NCBI GenBank assembly: GCA_950097015.1
Contig: CATNEN010000003.1
Coordinates: forward strand, 4,898,001 to 4,962,000
DNA length: 64,000 bases
Direction of reading: 5' to 3'
Origin: Macrostomum hystrix
Taxonomy: Eukaryota > Animalia > Platyhelminthes
Shown here: positions 54,087-64,000 of the stretch, in pieces
Position numbering within the stretch: position 1 is the first letter of the stretch
Layout of the letters: each line of letters starts with the position of its first letter
Notes under the pieces: model-generated
The model's input: the letters and a program-made list of their open reading frames with translations, nothing else
The model's database searches: none
What the model was told of the DNA's origin: nothing
Program-made: the position numbers and the translations under genes

Positions 54087-54709
54087 AGGACTAGTGATTT
54101 TTTTTAGTAATTTAGCCAGACACTTGAGTGCATTTTGAGCGAAGCTGCCCACCTACTCAAGTTCTGCCAAATGGATTCTGCCAATAAACACACTTGGTGC
54201 ATTTCGCGTTGAAAAGAAAAGCAATTTTAAATGTAATAGAAGCTGGATACGCGATTAAAGACCAGGTTTTAATACCTACTGTGAACAACCTATTGGCTAG
54301 AAACCGTTGTAGTGCTCAGGAGCTATATTTATGTAGCAAAAAAACACTTCAATGCTGGTTTTTAAGCTGGGTTTGCTCTTACACGAGGGTACTCAAAAGC
54401 TTATTTTCAGATAGTCGTCTAAAAATTGATGAGTAATATTTTCATGCAATGTTGAAGTGTGCGGAAAATATGAAATCCTCTTTAGTGGTCCATGTGGTTG
54501 TTTCTTAAAATTAACTGAGATATCTATTTTGTTAGAGGTAGGTCTTGACCTGTTGCATTAATGGCTTGATTAACCCTGTCAGTTTTGTCTGTCAAGTTTC
54601 TTAAAAAAATGACTATTTCTGAAAAAAAGACAATCAACATTCCGATGTGTTGTTAGAATAAATTATTCTAAATATTGCTCGTCGCCCAGTAAATTTTTTT
54701 TCTGACTTT

Positions 54710-54801
54710 GACAGAGAGGTCAGGAGTTCGAATCTCAGCCCAAAAGAAGCGAATTGTGTCTTTGGGCAGAACACATAAGGGTTAGGGTTAGAGTTAGGGT
54801 T
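54710..54801 (+). repeat. Truncated SINE-like fragment followed by interstitial telomeric repeats
   Basis: GGTCAGGAGTTCGAATC B box, TTGTGTCTTTGGGCAG CORE start, then TAAGGG TTAGGG TTAGAG TTAGGG TT. Confidence 0.5.
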
Positions 54802-55309
54802 AAAGTGAAACAGCTTTTTGAATGCGAAAATTTTGTTCCTTTCTTTTCTTGGAAATTACATAAAAGACAGACCAAGAAAAATGCCGAAGATTATAGATAA
54901 ATACGAGCTATTTTTGAGAAAGATTTAAGCCTGTTGGTTTGACAGTAGGTGTCAAGTTTCTTGAAGCCCAGGCTGACGGTTGTGTTTTGTGTTTGATTTG
55001 ATTTATTAAGATCTTGTTTATCTATTTAAACTGAATTACAACGATGCGTAAATCTCATTGATCAAAGTAAAAAGATACTGATTTGTTTTACGGTCCTCGA
55101 GTTGGTGTTCGATTGAGTGACAGGTAGGATTTCAACAACTTAAATAACCATGATTTAAAATAACCATGTCTTTCTAAATACAGATTTTAATTTCTTTTAT
55201 CGATAAAAATTTAGAGAATTTCGGATCGCGATTACACTTCGATTTGGATTTTTATTGGGATTTTAGAGGATCGTCGATTTGGATTTATGTGGATTTGGTA
55301 AAGTTTGAT

Positions 55310-56385
55310 ACAGACACAGGGTGAGATAGAGACAGGTGAGATAAAGACAGGGTGAGATAGAGACAGGGTGAGATAAAGACGGGGTGAGATAGAGACAGGG
55401 TGAGATAGAGACAGGGTGAGATAAAGACGGAGTGAGATAGAGACGGGGTGAGATAGAGACAGGGTGAGATAGAGACAGGGTGAGATAAAGACGGGGTGAG
55501 ATAGAGACAGGGTGAGATAGAGACAGGGTTAGATAGAGACAGGGTGAGATAAAGACGGGGTGAGATAGAGACAGGGTGAGATAGAGACAGGGTTAGATAG
55601 AGACAGGGTGAGATAGAGACAGGGTGAGATAGAGACAGGGTGAGATAGAGACAGGGTGAGATAGAGACGGGGTTAGATAGAGAGACAGGGTGAGATAGAG
55701 AAATGGTGAGATGGGGTGAGATAGAGACAGTGTGAGATAGAGAGACAGGGTGAAATAGAGAAATGGTGAGATAGGGTGAGATAGAGACAGTGTGAGATAG
55801 AGAGACAGCGTGAGATAGAGAGACAGGGTGAGATAGAGAGACAGTGTGAGATAGAGAAATGGTGAGATAGGGTGAGATAGAGACAGTGTGAGATAGAGAG
55901 ACAGGGTGAGATAGAGATACAGGGTGAGATAGAGAGACAGGGTGATATAGAGAGACAGGGTGAGATAGAGAAATGGTGAGACAGGGTGAGATAGAGAGAC
56001 AGGGTGAGATAGAGAGACAGGGTGAGATAGAGAAATGGTGAGACAGGGTGAGATAGAGAGACAGGGTGAGATAGAGAGACAGGGTGAGATAGAGAGACAG
56101 GGTGAGATAGAGAGACAGGGTGAGATAGAGAGACAGGGTGAGATAGAGAGACAGGGTGAGATAGAGAAATGGTGAGACAGGGTGAGATAGAGAGACAGGG
56201 TGAGATAGAGAGACAGGGTGAGATAGAGAGACAGGGTGAGATAGAGAGACAGGGTGAGATAGAGAGACAGGGTGAGATAGAGAGACAGGGTGAGATAGAG
56301 AGACAGTGTGAGATAGAGAGACAGGGTGAGATAGATAAATGGTGCAGACAGGGTGAGATAGAGAGACAGAGTGAGATAGAGATGG
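55310..56385. repeat. 16/18-bp purine-rich minisatellite (ACAGGGTGAGATAGAG[AG])
   Basis: Tandem units. Same family at 58150-58670. Confidence 0.95.
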
Positions 56386-57181
56386 AGTGCGATGAAGCAC
56401 GGATAATTTCCGTTCTACGGGTATTATATCGAGTTTTAGTTAAAGTTTTTATTTCGACTTTAATAAAGTTAAGACTAAAAGTACCATTCACAAACTCAAC
56501 TCGGAAATTTATGAACACATTTTTGTTTTTGTTAATATTTTCCTTTGGTGTACATAGCTGCTCTGGATCTCTTTTTAACCATTAGATTAGACTTCTATAA
56601 ACGTTCTCAAACAGTCTAAATTAACTCCCAACCCTGGCATTCGTGTTTGTATTTTATTTTCTGAGCGTCAAGTAATCAAAAGGATGCAATGCTGCACAGA
56701 CTATGAAATCTCAAATATAATAGTATTGTGTAGGACTGGACCTAATATAAAATACAGCATTTATTTACAGCCGTATAGTTAGAAAGGCAAGTGCACGATC
56801 TAGAGCCGCGATCAAGTCCTTGGAGACAGATCCACCCAAACCAACCCGGCACTACTCAGTGCTTCCCTCTGCATGGGCAACCATTTTTCTCCCTAACCCA
56901 TTCTCTCTCCTATCCAAGGCCGGGTAAACCTGCTGAGTTAATACCCCCTAAAATCCCTTCTAACCCCGGAGCCCGACTCATAGCGGCGTGAGTACTTGCC
57001 TGGCCCAGTTCGATTGGCTAAAATATATTTGAGCTGCTCCTTGCGATTCCTTCCTTACTTTAAATCCTAAATCCTTGGCCTAGTATTTTAGGTCGTGTTT
57101 TTGAGACGCAGAATATACTAGTATATTTTAATCCATAAAATATACTCTTTTGGTAAGCATTGGGATCATAAGTTAATTGCA

Positions 57182-59639
57182 ATGGGAAACTCAATCGGAA
57201 CAAGAAAAAAGCTACCAAAAGAGGACATGCAATTTCTCATGTCCAACACCAACTTCACTAAGAAGCAAATTAAACAGTGGTACAAAGGATTTATCGTGAG
57301 TCTATTCGTGATCTGTCAAGTCACACCTCTCAGTTTATGATACACAGATATCGGTCATTACCCATTCCCAGTTCATTTCTAATCGGTCATTACCCATTCC
57401 CAGTTCATTTCTAATCTGTCATTAACCATTCCCAGTTCATTTCTAATCGGTCATTACCTATTCCCAGTTCATTTCTAATCGGTCATTACCTATTCCCAGT
57501 TCATTTCTAATCGGTCATTACACATTCCCAGTTCATTTCTAATCGGTCATTACACATTCCCAGTTCATTTCTAATCGGTCATTACCGATTCCCAGTTCAT
57601 TTCTAATCGGTCATTAAACATTCCCAGTTCATTTCTTATCTGTCATTAATCCAAGTTGATCAGTCATTACACCAAGTCATTCAGCATTCAATAAAGCCAG
57701 AATTTTTCACTCTAATCTCGCATTGTTTCCTGGAAAGGGGGTTTGTTTCTTGGAAAATGGATTTTCATAACAAACTGCAATGCGTTTCACAGAAAAATGC
57801 TTCAAATCAAGCTCAGTTTTTTCGCGTTTTCCCGGCCGATTGTGTTAATCACGCTTTCTATTAAAACAGACTGCAGTTTGCTGAAACACTATCTGTTGTC
57901 AGCTTTTCTGAGCTTATTTCGTCTAAAATATTCTTTCAGTAATTTCCCGTTGACGTGAGCACTCTCGCTCACTCCGATCGTAACGCACTTACTCTAGTGC
58001 GTGGTATCGTGTTTCCAGTGGCAATGCATGTTTTATCCCCGATCCTTTTACAAAGGATTAAAACTCAATATAGAGTCTGATCACATTGGCATAATAGAGA
58101 TAGAGACACTTTAATATGCTGACAGTTTAAGATAGAGACCGTTTGAGATTGATACAGGGTGAGATAGAGAGACAGGGTGAGATAGAGAGACAGGGTGAGA
58201 TAGAGAGACAGGGTGAGATAGAGAGACAGGGTGAGATAGAGAGACAGGGTGAGATAGAGAGACAGGGTGAGATAGAGAGACAGGGTGAGATAGAGAGACA
58301 GGGTGAGATAGAGAGACAGGGTGAGATAGAGAGACAGGGTGAGATAGAGAGACAGGGTGAGATAGAGAAATAGTGAGATAGGGTGTGATAGAGAGACAGG
58401 ATGAGATAGAGAGACAGGGTGAGATAGAGAAATGGTGAGATAGGGTGAGATAGGGTGAGATAGAGACAGGGTGAGATAGAGAAATGGTGAGATAGGGTGA
58501 GATAGGGTGAGATAGAGACAGGGTGAGATAGAGAAATGGTGAGATAGGGTGAGATAGAGACAGGGTGAGATAGAGAAATGGTGAGATAGGGTGAGATAGA
58601 GACAGGGTGAGATAGCGAAATGGTGAGATAGGGTGATAGGGACATGGTGAGATAGAGACAGGGTGAGATCGTGATAAGTATTATTTAGATTGACACAGGA
58701 CGATTGCAATCAAATCTAACACAAATTTAACTCTATCAACAACGTCAGCGCGACTGTCCCTCCGGCCAGCTGAGCAAGAAGAAGTTTATCGAGGTCTACT
58801 CAGGCTTCTTCCCCGATGGCAACGCTGAAGAATTCTGCACCCACGTATTTCGCACATTCGACAAGGACAATTCGGGCAAAATCGATTTCAAAGAGTTCCT
58901 ACTGGCTATTAATATAACATCTGGCGGCAAGCCCCAGGAGAAGCTTGAATGGGCCTTCCAAATGTATGACATCGATGGCAATGGCAGCATCGAAAGATCC
59001 GAAATGGTTGAGATCATTAAGGTGAGCTGCAGTGTATGTTATGCATTGTGAAATATAACACCTGTTTGTGGCATTTTATAAACTTTATGAAAAAATGTTC
59101 CAGTTTGCGTGTTATGGAATAGGGGGGGTCTGTCGGTGGCAGAGCGGTTAACGCGTTTGCCTCTCGCGCCAAGGTTCCTAAGTTCGATTCCACGGCGAGG
59201 CCACATTCCACAGCCGGAGAGAAGGCTTGGGGGCTTGGAAGATGAGAAAGTCAGGGCAGATGTACACACCCTGTGAGCGTATGCCTGCGTACAGTATCTG
59301 TGTGCGTGTGTGCTCAGGAGTCAGCGAAATGGACAGAATTGCCTCCTCGCTCGCTGCGGGTCTAGTGTCAACAATGTTGTGCCATTGCCCGCAGTCCTCC
59401 TGCAATTATATCCTTATTATTATTATTATACGAGTCTTTTAAAGCAACAAAGCGTTTCGGGAAGTCAGGAGTTCGAATATCAAATTAAGGCAATCGATTT
59501 GCGCCGATGAGAAAGACTCTTAACAGTTGAAACACCACGGGGATGTTTCAGACACCCTTATTTTTTCCATCTCGTAACTATTCAACCAATCGCCATGAAA
59601 ATGCAGTGCACGCGCCCATATGTTTACCCTCTGTACAAT

Positions 59640-59671
<32 letters not shown>

Positions 59672-60577
59672 TGATTACACCTGCCCCAATCGGGCCAGAT
59701 GTGCAGCCGACAGCACAGCCGCAGCTAATGCGCGGCGCATCTGAAGGCTGCGTACAGCTGTTCAGTCCATGGACTGGGGGGACGCCACACCCACCTTCAA
59801 TTATCCCAGCTGATGCTGGTACGCATTTAACAGCTGGGTGAACTGAAGCAATGCAGAGTTAAGTGTCTTGCTAAAGGACACAAATTGTTCCAGTGGAGTC
59901 AGGAATCGAACCCCCGACCTTCAAGTCGTGAGTCCGACGCCCTAACCACTAGGCTACAACCTCTGTATTCTCATACAATGTAACAGCTTCCAGAATCACA
60001 AAACATCATCATGGTCGAGATATTCAACGATTCTCAAAAACCGCAATTAAAGGCATCATTTTTCTGCTCATAAAATTTTATCATATTGTCATATTCTTTA
60101 TAATATTGACATACCATGGATTCGCCATAGAGGTGCAGAGCAATGTTAATTTCTTTGTCAACAGGGTCTTCAACCAAAATCGCTGAATATCTCGCCGATG
60201 CTGACGTCATATGGCTTTATAAGTTACTTCCTAGTTACGGACGGAAAATTGGTCTAGCTAGAACAGCGCCTGGTTTTTCGTGTTTCAATGGGCAGAACGA
60301 CTTTTATTCACCTGCTACGATTTTAGCCCCTGTTTTACCTCTTCGCAAACCCAGTTAATTATTTGGATCAATTTTTCATCTTCGACAGGCAATCTACAGT
60401 ATGCTAGGCGCTGACGAGTCCAATGTCGACATGTCGCCGGAGGCTCGAACCGCCGAGATCTTCGACAAGATGGACGACAACGGCGACGGCGTCCTATCCA
60501 GGGAAGAATTTATGAAGGGCTGCATGGCCGACAAGCAGCTGTACTCCATGCTGCTTGCTGATGAGCCAGCTGAGTAG
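57182..60577 (+). CDS. Neuronal calcium sensor (NCS-2/neurocalcin-like EF-hand protein), 191 aa
   Basis: Exons 57182-57295, 58749-59021 and 60389-60577 (phase 0): [86 protein letters not shown]. Not in the ORF track. Confidence 0.96.
57350..57648. repeat. 32-bp minisatellite (CGGTCATTACCCATTCCCAGTTCATTTCTAAT), ~9 copies, NCS intron 1
   Basis: Period 32. Confidence 0.93.
58150..58670. repeat. 16/18-bp ACAGGGTGAGATAGAG minisatellite, NCS intron 1
   Basis: Tandem units. Confidence 0.94.
59122..59428 (+). mobile_element. SINE family B in NCS intron 2
   Basis: A box TGGCAGAGCGG, B box GTTCGATTCC, (ATT)n tail, internal deletion. Confidence 0.9.
59641..59964 (-). mobile_element. CORE-type SINE family A, full length, NCS intron 2
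   Basis: Reverse complement of the 24827 copy. TACAATGTAA is duplicated on both sides. Confidence 0.93.
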
Positions 60578-62117
60578 ACTAAAATCGACTTCGAAACAGT
60601 TTCTATTCCCCTTAGTTATACGTCCTAAATATTTCCGCACATAGTAAGTGATTCGTAACATCACCGTTTTTTGTTCAAGTTCTGTGTGCAAAGTTTTGAA
60701 TTGGCGCCAAGAAATTAAAACAAATGCGAAATAATTTATACTTCCGACAAAAGAAAACTATAATTATTAAGAAAAACGTTGTACTTAACAGTGTATATCG
60801 CGTCCTTTATAGTTTATACACTTAATTGCAATTTGAAGGTCAGCAAAAGTGACAATATTTTTGCGTTTCAATTAAATTTTAACAGTCCGTTTTGTTGTTG
60901 TGGACGGCCAATTTGCTTGCTCTCAATGTTGTGCTCATTGTGCTTTAATTATTTACAATTGGTAAGTTTGTTTGTGTGTTTAAAACGTGTTACTAATAAT
61001 TTATCGATAATTACCTATATATTTCCTCTCTATCCTTTACTCCCATGCAGGGGAGCTAATTAATTCATGGTACTAGACCGAGAGGTCGCAAGTTCAAATC
61101 TCAATCAGCCACAAAGAAACGCAGCTTGTGTACTGCATGTACCATGACCCGATGCAGTCTATTAGCTGCGGCTGTGTCATGACGGGCATGCGTTCTATTT
61201 TGATCTATTCAATCCCTGACACCTTAATCTTTACCCTGCAGGTAGGCATATGTCACATAAGAATTGGCATCAACTCGATTTAGTAAAAGGAAGTCTAAAG
61301 CTTTTATTATTCACATGCGATTCAATTTATTGTTTATGCAGACTGCTGAGTTTCGAAAACCGAGTCGTAAAAGTACAATTTAAAACTAAAAAATTTGAAA
61401 AAAAACGATATTCTAATATTAATAAAAAATCGTAAAAAATCTTTTTTTTCATTACTTTAAGGCGTGAACAAAAACTTTTTTTGAACTGTCTAAATAATGA
61501 AGCAGTTTTTGCATCTTTTAAATCGAATGCACCTAAAATATTATAATATTTGATTTGTTTACCTTGACAAAAAATCATATATTGACGGGCAAATGTTGAG
61601 GGATTTACAAAAGTATCAACAAATTGTAGTGTTATTATAATTGAGTTAAAAAGACTGAATTATAAAAAACTGTCGACGATAGTTATTTAAACGGCTGTCC
61701 TATAACTAGAATGACATAAATTCGTTGTTCCATACTGCATTTCATTCTATATAGTTTTCGCCACCGAGTTCGTCCGTACTGCAAAATAATGCATATTATG
61801 AATTCAAATCACAGTAGATGAAAATTCTTAGGACGATTGGACGAAAGAAAATCTTTTTTAACCAATTTAAAATTTTGAAAACGTCTTTTTATATTATCTA
61901 GTCTCATATCTAACACTAAGAACTAACACTATAGTATAGAAAAGTATATTTATTATATTCCTTTGCGTTTTAGTAAACCCACGAAACTACTTTATGCAGA
62001 TTGCTTTGCAAGATATTGACAGTAAATCTACTTACAGTGCTAATCAAGCTAGGAATTAATTTCAAAATATTTTCCTTTAATTTTCGACTAATACGCATTG
62101 GATGGGATTTGACACCT

Positions 62118-62496
62118 CTGTTTTCCAAAAACATCCCGAATATAACATGCAAAAGATTCGCATATTTATCCTGCGATAACATGTTATCGTGTTACAATTA
62201 CATTATAATTTATTATAAATTATTAATTATGTCATTTTTTATTAATGAATACTTTCAGCGGCTTGAAATATAAGTCCAAATACTATAGAAATGCAAAACT
62301 ATAACAATTAGACATACATCACAGGACCTGCAAAGTAACACTGACATGTAGTAACAATAAGCTAGTTACAATTTATACGTTTGCTTTCACGATTAACTTT
62401 CATAGAAGCTCGAATTCTGTAACACGGTAACATGTTATCGCAGGAAAAATATGCGAAACTTTTGCATGTTATATTCGTGATGTTTTTGGAAAACAG
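62118..62496. mobile_element. MITE with ~80-bp TIRs
   Basis: CTGTTTTCCAAAAACATCCCGAATATAACATGCAAAAG..TGTTACA versus TGTAACA..TTTGCATGTTATATTCGTGATGTTTTTGGAAAACAG. Confidence 0.8.
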
Positions 62497-62801
62497 CCCT
62501 CGGATTTAAGCACTGCTTGCTGGACTTCAGAAAGCAAAATATTGTAACCCTTTTATTAAAAATCATAAAACGAAACATGTTTTTTGTTAAGATAAGTAAA
62601 TTTACCTTTCCTTTTAGTTATCGTTTTTTGTTCTAACGGTTGCTTTCTTGGCAGGAATTTGGAAGAAACAGTAAGATAGATTTTCTTAGAACGCATTTTA
62701 GGAACAGTCATAAAACTGCATCAATCTTTTTTATTGTTTAATTCTGCTAACATTAATATATCAGTCCAAAATATATAAAAAAACGTATCAACAATATACT
62801 G

Positions 62802-63907
62802 ATGGATTTGCCTCAGAGTTTGTCCCCTTCAAGTACTACTGGTGTGATTAACGATATAGTTGACCACAGTCAAAGTCAAAGCACAAGTTTTGAACTTGAT
62901 TTAGCGCAAGCACTGGGATTAGAAACGTTAGACGAAGTAAGTATTCAAGATGACAAAGCTAATAAATGGAGCAATAATAAAGGAACAATCATCTTAACTG
63001 TCTTTTGTAAAGTTTACATATAATTTTTTGCCTGTCAGTGGCTATCAGCATTGCTAGAATTTTGCATGGGTAATTTTTTAGCAGAGTTCTATTGTGTTTA
63101 GTTAAAGCCAATATTAGGTTACATTTTGATTACCATTTTTATTCATCACTTCTCCATTTTATCCCAAATAAATGTGGTATTTGTTCAATAATATTTTATA
63201 TCTTGCAATTTTATTGTATTTGCTTTTGCAAAATATTTTTTAAACAAAATGTATATATACCAATTGTGTGTGTTCTACATACAATTTTATATTTTATAAC
63301 AATGCCTGTTGTTAGAAACATAATGTTTGTGACTAGACATAGCAGCAATTTTTTTATTTGTGTTTTTTTGCTACCAATTATGTCCTTAAAAGTGTTAAAA
63401 ATATTATAAATATATGTGTGCTTAAAGCATAGCTTCTGTCAAGTAAAAATACCATGAGTTTTACCAATAGAAGTAAACTTGCTAGTGAGGCAAATAAGGC
63501 AAGAACTGAAGTGACATATTTGGCCCACTCTAAACATTTTATAGAAACTGCATTTGATGTTTTGGGCTTGGTCATGGCTGTGGCCTTCGTATCCAAGGGT
63601 ACATCCTGAGGATTTTGTGTGACGATAGACAAGTGCCTTAGATGGAAAAGTGCTTTATGATATTTATTTCTTAACACAAAAGTTTTAACATTATTTTTAT
63701 CATGAAAAAGTTGTCTATATTTTCATCATTTACATATTTCTAGGTAATGTAAGCAGTATTTTAAGTCTTTTTCTATTCTAATTAGATTTTTTGGATACAG
63801 GAATTATAATGGTAAAATGTTAATATTTCTTCCTCTAGGCAGCTGATGATGAGTTTGGCATTCCTAGGATGCCAGGAGGTATGCGACTGTCCGACATTTT
63901 GACTGAG
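62802..63907 (+). CDS. 5' exons of an unidentified gene (continues beyond window)
   Basis: ATG 62802-62936|gtaagt and ctctag|63839-63907|gtaaga, both phase 0: MDLPQSLSPSS...LETLDE-AADDEFGIPRMPGGMRLSDILTE. Confidence 0.6.
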
Positions 63908-64000
63908 GTAAGATACCTCTTGGGTTCATCTTAAAATAAAAATATGTGTTTTAAAACCTCAAGTTTTTTCTAATATTAATTTCAAACAATTTTTTTGCAT

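Noticed and set aside
58796-59017. Minus-strand ORF (and similar antisense ORFs over USP, TTI1 and BROX exons)
   Set aside because: Antisense shadows of real exons.

Overview
Eukaryotic (animal) genomic DNA with GT-AG introns, many intronic minisatellites and tRNA-derived SINEs. The architecture suggests a free-living flatworm such as Macrostomum, but that is inference. Eight spliced genes can be reconstructed: a 5'-partial Q/S/G-rich orphan; an SLC49A4/DIRC2-like MFS transporter; a neuropeptide precursor; a USP44/49-like deubiquitinase (-); TTI1 (-); BROX; an NCS-2-like calcium sensor; and the 5' end of an unknown gene. The main find is the neuropeptide precursor, which the ORF track misses and which looks like one more 30-bp minisatellite. 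It has an ATG-only first coding exon (17869-17871) spliced to 18659-19105, encoding a signal peptide, an acidic spacer and 11 identical KR-flanked AYGAVPW-amide peptides, with only synonymous differences between copies. The window also holds two SINE families (one CORE-type, one copy of which gave rise to a 46-bp minisatellite), several non-autonomous TIR DNA transposons, a template-switch inversion scar and about 20 distinct tandem arrays. Most long ORFs in the ORF track are repeat artefacts.
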